From positions 3,314-67,313 of IMG/VR virus record IMGVR_UViG_3300025327_000027: a stretch of 64,000 nucleotides of DNA. One strand, given 5' to 3'. The notes below the pieces were generated by a model. That model saw only the letters and a list, made by a program, of their open reading frames with translations, was not told the origin of the DNA and did not search any database. Of this stretch, positions 8,608-17,981 are shown piece by piece. The stretch is from a virus. Made by a program: the position numbers and the translations under genes. Positions within the stretch are counted from its first letter, which is position 1. Every line of letters starts with the position of its first letter.

Positions 8608-8992
8608 AGACGAGCGGATCAGGTGTATTGAGGCTTGAAACGCCGCGTCTAGGGCCGCCTTTGAGTCTCAAGGTATCCGTTGTTTTGTTCAAGGCAACAT
8701 CAATGAGTCTGACTAGATCCTCATAGTTGCCCTTGTCGAATGCCACTTCTCCAGTCCGTCCAACTAGGAAGTTACCCTTCTCGGTGAACTTTAACGAGTA
8801 GAGATCGAACTCAACTTTAGGCGGCAACACCGGAACATCCAATAGGGATGCCCCGAATGCCACAGCCTCCATAGCCGCAATACACTCACCAGTAGCTATT
8901 GCAATCTGTCTGCCTGTACTGTCTTTGACAGTCACTATACCTGTACCAGCATTACATGTAGCAGAAAATGTCCCTAATTCTACATCGGCCAT
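8606..8992 (-). CDS. Hypothetical protein
   Basis: 128-aa ORF with AAGGA RBS. Confidence 0.7.
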   Translation of the reverse strand: MADVELGTFSATCNAGTGIVTVKDSTGRQIAIATGECIAAMEAVAFGASLLDVPVLPPKVEFDLYSLKFTEKGNFLVGRTGEVAFDKGNYEDLVRLIDVALNKTTDTLRLKGGPRRGVSSLNTPDPLV

Positions 8993-9080
8993 GTTGTTTC
9001 CTTATAGCACAGTCTTCGCCAGAACGGCAAAAGCTTCTGCTTCCTCTTTGGTATTTTTCGCATCAGTGCTTTAGCCCCAA

Positions 9081-9683
9081 TTAGACCTTAGGCTGTGCAG
9101 CCATGAATTCTTCATACTTGGCTTTTAGGTCTGGATGCTCATCCAAGTACACGGTCATCGCGAATGCCGTTTCGAATACCTTCGGTGGCTTGGTGAAGAT
9201 CAGTGTGCGAGTGAAGTCAACCGTCTTGGATGCCTTGGCTGTACCTTGTGTGGCTACTGCCTTTTCGAATTTGCTTGCACGAACCTTCAGCATTTCGATC
9301 TTCTCGCGTAGGCCCGAGATGCCCATCTGGCGGAAAGTCTCTTCAAGCGCCTCAGGTGCGTCCACGATGCCCTTTTCAGCGCGACGACCACGGATGGTGT
9401 TCACTGAGTCGTTGTACTGCGCAGTCTTCAGGCGGATACATGCGCGCAGCGCTTCAAGAGCTTGACTCTCGTATGAAAGATCGGGGTTGCGCACGAAGAT
9501 GCCGAGTTCGTCCATTAGCTGGCGAACTGCTTCGCTGCCGGGCTGGTTCGGTGTGAAATCGACCATCTGAGCGTTCGTCAGGTCGATTAAGCCGTCGGGC
9601 GCAATTTTGATGTCGATCCCACCATGCCAGTTCCAAACGACCTCATACGGCGTAGGGTTATGCAAGCGATTTATAATTGCCAT
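9081..9683 (-). CDS. Hypothetical protein
   Basis: 200-aa ORF, AGGAG RBS, phage-like codon bias. Confidence 0.75.
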   Translation of the reverse strand: MAIINRLHNPTPYEVVWNWHGGIDIKIAPDGLIDLTNAQMVDFTPNQPGSEAVRQLMDELGIFVRNPDLSYESQALEALRACIRLKTAQYNDSVNTIRGRRAEKGIVDAPEALEETFRQMGISGLREKIEMLKVRASKFEKAVATQGTAKASKTVDFTRTLIFTKPPKVFETAFAMTVYLDEHPDLKAKYEEFMAAQPKV

Positions 9684-9684
9684 G

Positions 9685-10212
9685 TTATTTCTCCTGTTTT
9701 AGATACGCTAGTGCGTACATTAGAATTTCAATAGAATCTTGTAGTTGACCTATACCATTATTACATTGATGACATAATAATCCACGAACTGCGTTAGTTT
9801 TATGGCAATGGTCCACAACACGAATTGGTCTAGTTTTGCAAATTGCGCAAAAATGCTTTTGTTTTTCTGAGAGTACCTGAAGATTCTCATCTGTTAAGCC
9901 GTAGCGTTTCTTTAAGTGATAAAATTTAGCATAATTAGGATTACGCTGTTGCCACTCTATAGATTGCTCTTGTTCTTGTTTTTTGCGCTTGAGGTGATTT
10001 TCTCTGCTACTCTTGAGTCGTCTCTGTTTTCGATCTTCATCTGACAAACGTCGCGTACCTCCTGTACTCCGCGTTTGGACTCCATTACGAAGAAGAAAGT
10101 TTCTTACACATCCAGGTGAACATTTGTAAATAAAAGCCAAATCGGCTAAACTTGTCCCGTTCTCATAACCGTCGCGGATTTCGGTTCTATACGCTTGTAA
10201 CTTTGATGGCAT
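9685..10212 (-). CDS. Endonuclease VII-family homing endonuclease with N-terminal HTH
   Basis: CAIC, VDHCHxTxxVRGLLCxxCN; AT-rich. Confidence 0.85.
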   Translation of the reverse strand: MPSKLQAYRTEIRDGYENGTSLADLAFIYKCSPGCVRNFLLRNGVQTRSTGGTRRLSDEDRKQRRLKSSRENHLKRKKQEQEQSIEWQQRNPNYAKFYHLKKRYGLTDENLQVLSEKQKHFCAICKTRPIRVVDHCHKTNAVRGLLCHQCNNGIGQLQDSIEILMYALAYLKQEK

Positions 10213-10268
10213 CTGACTATATCATACCACAAGTATGTACTAACTTTCAATGTCGCTAAATACTAAGG

Positions 10269-10958
10269 TTACAAGTTTATGTCCTTTTTGGTAATTTCTA
10301 ATGGAAAAACCTTCCCAGTGCCCAAACAAATGGCCGGGGTGTTGGTCTGTTTGGTTGTGTAGAATTGAGTGTCCGTGTACTTCCCATGTACCAGCAAACG
10401 AGGTCTGGTAGCGAAGCAAATCTTGTTAATACCCTTGGCCTGAGATTTGATGGTACCGAAAGTTTCACCATCAGGGCCTTCGTGCGTCACCAGGAGATCC
10501 ACCGGACCTGCCGTACATGCCGTACGAACCTGATCCATTGTGTAGTTGCCTTCAAGCGTCCAAGGCTTAGGACTGTATGTACCGCCCAATCCAAGTACTC
10601 GAATACAATCATCGGTAACCTCAAGAAGAGTGCTATTGCCGTTGACCAAGATGTGCAGATTGAAACATAGCTCGCCATAGCCCTGACGAACCATACGCTG
10701 AATCCAAAGATGATCCTCGTGCTTGCCCGCAACAAGAAGAGTGGGAATAGGCAGATTTCGCTTACCAACCAAGTAATCAATAAAGTTGCCAGGCCCAGCG
10801 ACGGAAGCGCGGGCTTGACGGCTCGCTCTAACAGGGTCAGGCCAAACACCAAAGTTCCCCGTCGAGATGACCCAATCGAACCCCCCTGGCTCAGCCATGA
10901 GTGTATCGTAGAGGCGATCGATCTCACCATACAGAGACCCTACTAGTGCGATTCGCAT
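10269..10958 (-). CDS. Calcineurin-like metallophosphoesterase fold, apparently catalytically inactive
   Basis: Motif spacing kept but residues altered: GSLYG, GNFG, GKHE, THEGP, HGKY. Confidence 0.75.
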   Translation of the reverse strand: MRIALVGSLYGEIDRLYDTLMAEPGGFDWVISTGNFGVWPDPVRASRQARASVAGPGNFIDYLVGKRNLPIPTLLVAGKHEDHLWIQRMVRQGYGELCFNLHILVNGNSTLLEVTDDCIRVLGLGGTYSPKPWTLEGNYTMDQVRTACTAGPVDLLVTHEGPDGETFGTIKSQAKGINKICFATRPRLLVHGKYTDTQFYTTKQTNTPAICLGTGKVFPLEITKKDINL

Positions 10959-11242
10959 TACTTTTTTTCCAGAGCCTTGATGCGTTTCTCAAAATCCTCG
11001 ACCTGGGCGTCCATGACCTTGAAACCTGCTACGACTTCACCCTGGAGCATCTTGATGATGTCCAGAGCTTTGAGGGTCGCGCGTGCATCTACGAACTCAG
11101 CGATGATATCGGCCAGGAGATTCACCTCATGGTTGATGGCAGCGATCTGCCGGATATCCAGGTTGTGACCAATGGTCTTCCCGAAGATGGTTGAGAGCTT
11201 CGAATAGAGCTTCTCGTTGAAGGGCTTGATGGGATCTGACAT
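10958..11242 (-). CDS. Hypothetical coiled-coil protein
   Basis: 94-aa ORF, AGGAG RBS, coupled to the next gene. Confidence 0.7.
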   Translation of the reverse strand: MSDPIKPFNEKLYSKLSTIFGKTIGHNLDIRQIAAINHEVNLLADIIAEFVDARATLKALDIIKMLQGEVVAGFKVMDAQVEDFEKRIKALEKK

Positions 11243-11249
11243 GTGTCTC

Positions 11250-11603
11250 CTAGAATAGGTTGCGTAGCTCGTCTTTGACGAAGACTGAGAAGCGGTTTCC
11301 GAAGTCCTGGAAGCCGAGGCGGATGAGTTCCTGAGACTGCTTGGCGTCGAAGGTCTCCTTGTTAATGATGTTGATTACCTTGCAGAACGGGGTCTTGTTC
11401 CGGTCGAACTGAATCGCCATGGCGCAGTTCTTGCTGAGACCGATAGAAATGAGATCTAGCTCCTTCTTGATCGTAGCCACAACCTCTTCGAATCTCTTCT
11501 TGGGCGGTTCTTGTGGAGTACCTACCACAACTCCATTCCCAAATTTCGCATCAAAATCAACTGGTTGGAAGCTTTTCGCCCCCTTCTTCTTACGTATTCC
11601 CAT
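11250..11603 (-). CDS. Hypothetical protein
   Basis: 117-aa ORF; its AAGGAGG RBS lies inside the upstream HNH gene. Confidence 0.7.
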   Translation of the reverse strand: MGIRKKKGAKSFQPVDFDAKFGNGVVVGTPQEPPKKRFEEVVATIKKELDLISIGLSKNCAMAIQFDRNKTPFCKVINIINKETFDAKQSQELIRLGFQDFGNRFSVFVKDELRNLF

Positions 11604-12048
11604 AGATATCCTCCTTCTGTATTAAAGTTTTGATCTTATTATAAGCTTTCGCAGCATCTTCTTCTGAGTCAAATGAACCGAGATTTACTACTGATGTCCA
11701 TTTCTTGGATTTCTTATTCCAAGAAACACCAGCATATTTGCTTTGTATAGCTGATCTATTGCGTCTATTTTTTGCACTATCTGAAGGTGTAGACCATTGG
11801 CAGTTGGATGGTTCGTAGTTTCCATTATTATCGATGCGATCGAAAAATAAACCCGGTTTCCAAGTTGGCAACATATCTTCAATAAACGAGACAGAATTAT
11901 TCCAACGATCACAGATCTTGATTCCTCTACCTCCATAATAAGGAAAATTATAATGGTTTGAGTTCAAACAGCGTTTTCGCATATTACGCCAGGCTTTGTA
12001 TACCGGATGCTCTTTACCTTTCGAGCACAGCCCATGTTTGTTATACAT
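11590..12048 (-). CDS. HNH-type homing endonuclease with AP2-like C-terminus
   Basis: WxxMRxRC, YGGRGIKICDRW, DRIDNNGNYEPSNCQW, LGSFDSEEDAA. Confidence 0.85.
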   Translation of the reverse strand: MYNKHGLCSKGKEHPVYKAWRNMRKRCLNSNHYNFPYYGGRGIKICDRWNNSVSFIEDMLPTWKPGLFFDRIDNNGNYEPSNCQWSTPSDSAKNRRNRSAIQSKYAGVSWNKKSKKWTSVVNLGSFDSEEDAAKAYNKIKTLIQKEDIYGNT

Positions 12049-12883
12049 ACATATCTTCTAGATCTTTTTCTTTGGGAATATATGCCCAATATACATCCAA
12101 AGTTGTAGATACTTTATCATGACCTAAAAGAGCCGAAATAGTCTTTGGGCTGATCCCTTTTTCAAGCAGACTTGTTGCTGCTGTGTGTCTTAATCCGTGT
12201 GTAGTGATAACCGGAATTTTAACCAGACGGCATAGGGCTTTGAGAAAAGGGTTCAAGTCCCTAGACGGAAACACGGGCGTAAGTTCCGAAACACCTATAT
12301 TATACCGAGTCAAAAGGATAGTTTCAACTTCCTTGTTCATAGGCAAGGTGCGAAATTTGCCAGTTTTCGTTGGCCCTATACTCCCTGTAGCTAAGTCTTT
12401 ACTCCTCTGTATATGTATCACACCATTCAAGAAATCTATATCTGCCCAAATCAGACCAAGCAATTCCCCTTTACGCATACCCGTAAACAAGTGAATCCTC
12501 ATCATATGATCTAAATCTAATTCAGGGACGGTGGATGCGATAGGCATATTTATGATTTTAGCGGCTTGCTCTCGGGACCAGGCTTTGATTTTAGTCTGAG
12601 GACGAGACGTATCTTGAAAATGCTGGAACATGAGACGCTTCTTGTCTAGTTCGATACCATATGTGAACTTCATGTACTCACCTAGGACTACGAAACATCC
12701 TTTTATGGTGCCAAGCGATAGTTCATCTTCTTTCCAGCTTTTCATGCATGCGGAAATAATAGCCTCGGGTTCAGATATGATAGTCGAAAAAGGAGCAATG
12801 TGGTTGTTGAACATTGATAGTTTCGTCTTGACCGTATTCGGTCTGCCATACAACTGCCCCCGGAACGCTTTTGCCTTCGACAT
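12041..12883 (-). CDS. Tyrosine recombinase / integrase
   Basis: GMRKGE, TKT, HGLRH, LGH and C-terminal Tyr; GGAGG RBS. Confidence 0.92.
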   Translation of the reverse strand: MSKAKAFRGQLYGRPNTVKTKLSMFNNHIAPFSTIISEPEAIISACMKSWKEDELSLGTIKGCFVVLGEYMKFTYGIELDKKRLMFQHFQDTSRPQTKIKAWSREQAAKIINMPIASTVPELDLDHMMRIHLFTGMRKGELLGLIWADIDFLNGVIHIQRSKDLATGSIGPTKTGKFRTLPMNKEVETILLTRYNIGVSELTPVFPSRDLNPFLKALCRLVKIPVITTHGLRHTAATSLLEKGISPKTISALLGHDKVSTTLDVYWAYIPKEKDLEDMYV

Positions 12884-12939
12884 GTTTATTTCTCGACCTC
12901 CGTTGAGATATTACGCTTCTTCGTCGCCTTCTGCAACCC

Positions 12940-12961
12940 AAATAGGGTAAAATAACCGTAG
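12940..12961 (+). promoter_or_regulatory. Conserved phage promoter motif
   Basis: AAATAGGGTAAAATAACCGTAG, nearly identical to the copy at 26514. Confidence 0.7.
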
Positions 12962-12982
12962 AACTATTAGGAGGAGAAGTGT

Positions 12983-13273
12983 ATGTTCAAATATCAGAAA
13001 CTCATAAATAGAGAGCGCCAATTTCCCGTCGTCCGTGAGCAACTTCAGAGTGACGGCACCGTCAAGATCACCAGAGAGAAGGAGCCCTTGGTTCTGGTCG
13101 GTTTCGGGAAGCATGACCTCGTAGATTTCATTGGTAGCATTGACCTTGTTAACGAAGCATTTGTCAAGAACTGGCCCCCCCGCTACCGCAGACAGTCGAT
13201 CTGCATCAAGGACGAGATTGACCTCTTCCATGAATTCACAACTTGGCTAACAAAACAGGCAACTAAGAGGTAA
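12983..13273 (+). CDS. Hypothetical protein
   Basis: Promoter motif and AGGAGG RBS upstream. Confidence 0.7.
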   Translation: MFKYQKLINRERQFPVVREQLQSDGTVKITREKEPLVLVGFGKHDLVDFIGSIDLVNEAFVKNWPPRYRRQSICIKDEIDLFHEFTTWLTKQATKR

Positions 13274-13274
13274 C

Positions 13275-13556
13275 ATGCAATTCGCAGCCCCCAAAGTAAC
13301 ACGATTCGCCTCTGGCGTAACCGACTCACCCGTTGAGAACGGCAGCTCAATCAAAGTCTACGGCATCCATGTACAAGGGACATCAGCCGGTCAAGTCCTC
13401 GTAGAAGAGAACGACGGCTCGACAGTTCTGTTTGAAATCTCAGTTCCAGCCAACGGTTCGTACGTCATGAACGTCCCGTTCGTTTCAGATCGAGGAATCA
13501 AGATCACAACTCCCGCAGCCGTCACCTGCACGGTACTTCATTCGAACGTGCTCTAA
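13275..13556 (+). CDS. Small beta-rich virion-type protein
   Basis: 93 aa, S/T/V/G-rich, GAGG RBS. Confidence 0.6.
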   Translation: MQFAAPKVTRFASGVTDSPVENGSSIKVYGIHVQGTSAGQVLVEENDGSTVLFEISVPANGSYVMNVPFVSDRGIKITTPAAVTCTVLHSNVL

Positions 13557-13564
13557 GGCTAGTT

Positions 13565-13822
13565 TTGGCTAGCGATTGGTCTGCACCAGAGGACTTTACG
13601 TCTGCCAACCGAAAGGCTTGGAAGTCTAAGATCACCTCTGCCTCGGACACGGTGGACTTCAAGCACGTCTCTGAAGCCCCCGAGAACCTCATGCTCACAC
13701 CTGAAGATTTCGAGATTGTACCTGAAGATGTACAGTCCGACAAGGAGGAGTGGGCCATTGTAACTCTTGCACCCGCTAACGACGCTGATCAATGGACACC
13801 TTCGGTCGGTGAGAACGACTAA
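13565..13822 (+). CDS. Hypothetical acidic protein
   Basis: 85-aa ORF with phage-like codons, TTG start, coupled to the next ATG. Confidence 0.5.
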   Translation: MASDWSAPEDFTSANRKAWKSKITSASDTVDFKHVSEAPENLMLTPEDFEIVPEDVQSDKEEWAIVTLAPANDADQWTPSVGEND

Positions 13823-14049
13823 TGGCCAAAATGTGTAAAAAGTGTAGTTCAACTGATCGTTACAAAGATGGAGATTGTAGCCTATGTTCTATTGCACGCT
13901 CGCTCGCCGCTGCCAGGGCCGAGCACGAAGAGCTACTTGAGCGCGCGCTAGATGGCACGCTCAACAAGACGCAGGAGGCGCGCCTCAAGGCGCTGCAAGC
14001 GGCGCTCGTGTACGTTGCCGAACTGCGGCGATCTTTACAAGAGCAATAA
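13822..14049 (+). CDS. Chimeric small protein: EndoVII-type N-terminal Zn knuckle plus helical tail
   Basis: CKKCSSTDRYKDGDCSLC resembles CVKCGSIDRYKKSNACRPC at 21514; GC content jumps mid-ORF. Confidence 0.5.
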   Translation: MAKMCKKCSSTDRYKDGDCSLCSIARSLAAARAEHEELLERALDGTLNKTQEARLKALQAALVYVAELRRSLQEQ

Positions 14050-14051
14050 GT

Positions 14052-16748
14052 ATGTCAATTACTAATAGTAATGCATTAGTTCATACATTCTACATCTGGC
14101 CGCAGATGGGTCTCAACCTTAGCGAGCAGTGGGGAAAGGTTCGTGAAAACTTCGAGAATCTACATCCGCTCGCGAAGGCTGCCCAGCTAGCGCTAGATGC
14201 CGCAGAGAACCACGAGCCAAAGAACAATGACCTCTCAGGTCTGGCAATCGGTGAGCGAGACTTCCGCAATCGCTGGCGCACCTGGTACGATCCAACACGC
14301 GACCGCTACGCCATTCAGTTCAACCAAGGCACGGAAGCTCAGCCTGTATGGGACGACTTCCTTACAGTACGAGACTCGGACGGCCGCGTTACGGTTCACG
14401 GTACGGGAGGTATCGATTCGTCTATCGGCGGTTTCTATTCTCCATTACCTCGCAACCTAGCGGTATCTGCTGCGTTCACTCCTGCTTCGTTCGAGTGGCA
14501 ATTTCAGCACAACTTGAACACTAAGCCTATCCTCTGGGATGCGTACAACCTAGAAGATAAGAGCGTAACTCCTCTTACAGTTGACGTTAGCGATCCTAAC
14601 GTCGCTTACTTCTATTTCGCTATAGCTACAGCAGGGCGTGCCATTGCCGTCGCCGAGCAAGCACGAGGTGAAGGCATCCGAATTACGGACGGCACTAATA
14701 CTTACGAAGGCAGCACTCGTCTAGGTTTCAACATCGATGACTTTTACCTAACCAAAGATAGTTATGGTAAGCCAGTTGTCAATCTTCAACCTATCGATCA
14801 GGCATCAATCGACCACGGTTCAATTAGTGGTCTAACAGATGATGACCATACACAGTATCTTCGCACAGACGGTACTCGTGCTCTTACAGGGAATCAATCT
14901 GCTGGAAACAACAAGATTACTAATCTTGCAACTCCAACCGCTAACGCTGATGCAGTAACGAAAGTTTACGCTGATAGTCTGGTAGTAGGCGGAAGTATGG
15001 TAAAAGTTGAAGATTCAGATGGTCAATTTTTCAATACAAACACCATCATCTTCAATAAAGAATCTGATCATATAATTGGATTTTACATTACTCCAAATTC
15101 ATCGGGTAAACCCGTGATTAACATTCGAGGAGGGGACAACCACGATGAATTGAAAGGTCTCCTAGATGATGACCATACACAGTATCTTCGCACAGACGGT
15201 ACTCGTGCTCTTACAGGGAATCAATCTGCTGATAACTTCAAGATTACAAACCTAGGTCAACCAACTGCTGATTCTGATGCTGTCCGTTTACAGGATATTG
15301 GTCCAGGCTTCTATGGTCTTACTGTAAAGCAGACTGGGACGCCCAACGTTTCCTTTCGAGGAATCAAAGTCATTGAATTTGATCGCGGTGGTTTCTATTT
15401 AGGCCAAAATAGTCCAAATACCGATACAGTCGTCATAAGCACGGCTAGAGATAAAATCAGCATAACGGATGGTAGATTAGCCTATTCTACAGATCATGTG
15501 GGTTTCAATCACAATCAATTTTATTTGTCATCTGGTAGCCAAGGGAAACCAGTTGTAAATATTTCGTCTAGCTATGCCCCTAACGGTTGCGTGACTATGA
15601 TTCGTAGTGCGGATAGCAATAATTTGACGACTATATCCGCAGCCTGGGTTGTTTTCAATGAACGCGGCGAACCAATGAGTAGTGCGGGTTCAACTTCCGA
15701 GGGACTCCAAGAAGCAATCAATTATGCTGCATTTCATGGCTACGATCTCAAGGTGTATGGTGGAGGTATTGCTACAAAAAATGGACAAGATGTAGCAATC
15801 ATCAATTGTACTAATCAAATTACTGTGCCTCCAGTTCAAGGTGTGGATTGGCAAATTCACGCTACAATCAACTTTGGAGGGTCCCCTTCTGGTACTCCAG
15901 CCGGTGTTCTGTTTGATAGCGTCATGGCTTCGGACATTTCGTTTCGAGGTCAGATTGTGGTTCCTTCGTCTTATACTTTTGGCGTTCGCTTTGCGCCTAT
16001 TAGCGAACTTCCACAAGATCCAAATGGTCCAGTAGTTACGTCTTCCACCATTAGACTTCCTTCTGTAGTCAAAGTCGGTGGGATCGCCATTGAACTAGAC
16101 TGTTCAGCGGGAGGGATCTCGTCCAACTTCTTCGAGTTCACCGAGCCGAACGGCGGCGATACTGGTGTTAGAGTTCTCCCTGGGTCAGGCTTCTCGTTCG
16201 ATAACAACGAAACCAGAATAGTAGATTGCCATGCTCAATCTACTTGCATAAATGCTGGTTTCAGTAATGCTTTGGGAAATAATTGTTTTGGAAATATTTG
16301 GAGTGTTCAATGTGACCCTCTTGTAGGAGGCGTCGGAATTGAGATCTTTAGTAAAAACGATCATTTCAATGCTTCAATTACTAATCTAGAGGGTCTGCCT
16401 ACCAACGGCGTAACTCTCAATAACGCCGCTTCGAGGAACATCATTATCTTTCGTAAAAATGATGCTACGAACGCTTACAATGACGCCTCAAGCACTGGTG
16501 ATAACATCATCATCATTGCGCCAAATACCGCATCTCAAGCGGTCAACTTTGGCGGCCAAAAACTGTCTAACATGGGAGCCCCTACCGTCAATACCGATAC
16601 AGCACGACTAGGAGATATTGCCTTCACGCTCAGTGATGGCGTGAGGAGTTTTGTCACTCAAAGTCCGGCTCGCACGATTAGATTCAATCAGAACGATTTC
16701 TACCTTACTAAAGAGTCGTCAAGCACACCTCAATTGAATCTGCGGTAA
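14052..16748 (+). CDS. Fibre/tailspike-like structural protein with modular repeats and a beta-helix-like domain
   Basis: Five FN...FYL...GKPVVN-type modules, two DDDHTQYLRTDGTRALTGNQ modules, GLQEAIN entry into an N/G/S-rich domain. Confidence 0.75.
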   Translation: MSITNSNALVHTFYIWPQMGLNLSEQWGKVRENFENLHPLAKAAQLALDAAENHEPKNNDLSGLAIGERDFRNRWRTWYDPTRDRYAIQFNQGTEAQPVWDDFLTVRDSDGRVTVHGTGGIDSSIGGFYSPLPRNLAVSAAFTPASFEWQFQHNLNTKPILWDAYNLEDKSVTPLTVDVSDPNVAYFYFAIATAGRAIAVAEQARGEGIRITDGTNTYEGSTRLGFNIDDFYLTKDSYGKPVVNLQPIDQASIDHGSISGLTDDDHTQYLRTDGTRALTGNQSAGNNKITNLATPTANADAVTKVYADSLVVGGSMVKVEDSDGQFFNTNTIIFNKESDHIIGFYITPNSSGKPVINIRGGDNHDELKGLLDDDHTQYLRTDGTRALTGNQSADNFKITNLGQPTADSDAVRLQDIGPGFYGLTVKQTGTPNVSFRGIKVIEFDRGGFYLGQNSPNTDTVVISTARDKISITDGRLAYSTDHVGFNHNQFYLSSGSQGKPVVNISSSYAPNGCVTMIRSADSNNLTTISAAWVVFNERGEPMSSAGSTSEGLQEAINYAAFHGYDLKVYGGGIATKNGQDVAIINCTNQITVPPVQGVDWQIHATINFGGSPSGTPAGVLFDSVMASDISFRGQIVVPSSYTFGVRFAPISELPQDPNGPVVTSSTIRLPSVVKVGGIAIELDCSAGGISSNFFEFTEPNGGDTGVRVLPGSGFSFDNNETRIVDCHAQSTCINAGFSNALGNNCFGNIWSVQCDPLVGGVGIEIFSKNDHFNASITNLEGLPTNGVTLNNAASRNIIIFRKNDATNAYNDASSTGDNIIIIAPNTASQAVNFGGQKLSNMGAPTVNTDTARLGDIAFTLSDGVRSFVTQSPARTIRFNQNDFYLTKESSSTPQLNLR
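14837..15231 (+). repeat. Perfect 68-bp direct repeat (14837-14904 and 15164-15231)
   Basis: Identical AGATGATGACCATACACAG...CAATCTGCTG copies inside the fibre gene. Confidence 0.9.
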
Positions 16749-16831
16749 CCGAAGGCAAAGTTGCTTACTACAGTTCAGGAGCAAGACGGTCGTCCGTCAA
16801 ATGTCAGCGTAATCCGTTTCAACCTAAGCTT

Positions 16832-16843
16832 TAGGGTATAATA
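16832..16843 (+). promoter_or_regulatory. Promoter motif for the portal operon
   Basis: TAGGG-TATAAT-A followed by AAGGAGG RBS. Confidence 0.7.
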
Positions 16844-16867
16844 AAAGAGCAATAAGGAGGCAACACT

Positions 16868-17182
16868 ATGGCAAATGATCTAGATGAATCCCAACATTCC
16901 TCGGTATTGGCTAAACGCCAAGTTGAAAAGGACAAGCTTGAACAATCCACAGAGGCTTTCCAGAAGGCATTGAAGAAGGTTTTCAAGCAATGCCTGAAAG
17001 ACGAAGACACCCGCGCGAAACTACACCAAGAGATGCAGAATGGTAAACGGGGTCTTGGTTCGAATCCGACGATGGACCAGATCGGTCGAGCAACCCGGTC
17101 AAACGGTGGAGGCTTTGGCGACTTCGGTGACGAAGAGACTGGTTTGGAAAAAAGATACTGGGAAAATGAAAACGACGGCTAA
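16868..17182 (+). CDS. Hypothetical protein
   Basis: Strong RBS, 104 aa. Confidence 0.75.
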   Translation: MANDLDESQHSSVLAKRQVEKDKLEQSTEAFQKALKKVFKQCLKDEDTRAKLHQEMQNGKRGLGSNPTMDQIGRATRSNGGGFGDFGDEETGLEKRYWENENDG

Positions 17183-17618
17183 ATTAAAACGTGGTGGCCA
17201 ATCTACACATGGTATGTCTGGAACTCCCATTTATGGGGTATGGATGGCAATGAAGTATCGTTGTTTTAATCCTAAATGCAAAGAGTTCAAGAATTACGGT
17301 GGTCGTGGAATTACCGTCTGCGATCGTTGGATGGAATTTAAGAGCTTCAGAGATGATATGTTGTCTACTTATCAATCTGGTCTTCAATTGGACAGAATAG
17401 ATAATGATGGAAATTACGAACCATCTAATTGTCGTTGGGTCACACGATCGCAAAACGGAAAAAATAAACAGCATAAAGCTTCTAAGCAGAGCAAATATGA
17501 CGGGGTTATTTGGCACGCAGATAAATGGCAAGCATCCGTCCGATTTAGAACTCATTCAGAGGAGGAGGCTTTTTTCATTTACACAAAATTAAATGATTAC
17601 CTAAAAAGCCTTATTTAA
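17166..17618 (+). CDS. HNH-type homing endonuclease
   Basis: HGMSGTPIYGVW, YGGRGITVCDRW, DRIDNDGNYEPSNCRW; likely start ATG 17166. Confidence 0.85.
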   Translation: MKTTAKLKRGGQSTHGMSGTPIYGVWMAMKYRCFNPKCKEFKNYGGRGITVCDRWMEFKSFRDDMLSTYQSGLQLDRIDNDGNYEPSNCRWVTRSQNGKNKQHKASKQSKYDGVIWHADKWQASVRFRTHSEEEAFFIYTKLNDYLKSLI

Positions 17619-17981
17619 TTGTTCAACAAGAAAAATGATACAATTGAATTTGCAAAATTAGAAGTAAAATGTCAATTTTTAGAACAAGAAAATGAAAAAC
17701 TAAATAAACAAGTCGAGAAGCTGCAAGAAGCTTTAATCGCAAGCACGGCCCCGAAAGCGTTTGACGCGATGCAGAGAGACAAATCTCTTCCCGACACGAA
17801 GGAAGAGATGGAAGCGCGAATGAAAATGCTTAAGGAGCACGCCTACGTTGCATCTTATCTTGAAGAGATGGAAAAACCTAGCTTCGACGGCGTGGATGAA
17901 ATGACGAATTGGCTGTCATCTGGTTATGCCAAAACTTCAATGGCTGATACTCCGATTGATGAAGGTAATAAAGAAAGTTAA
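17619..17981 (+). CDS. Hypothetical coiled-coil protein preceding portal
   Basis: 120-aa ORF coupled to the portal ATG. Confidence 0.65.
   Translation: MFNKKNDTIEFAKLEVKCQFLEQENEKLNKQVEKLQEALIASTAPKAFDAMQRDKSLPDTKEEMEARMKMLKEHAYVASYLEEMEKPSFDGVDEMTNWLSSGYAKTSMADTPIDEGNKES

Noticed and set aside
12911-13231. 106-aa minus-strand ORF
   Set aside because: Antisense to 12983-13273, which has the conserved promoter motif and a strong RBS.
14837-15231. DGR template/variable repeat pair
   Set aside because: The copies are identical with no adenine-specific differences, and there is no reverse transcriptase in the window.
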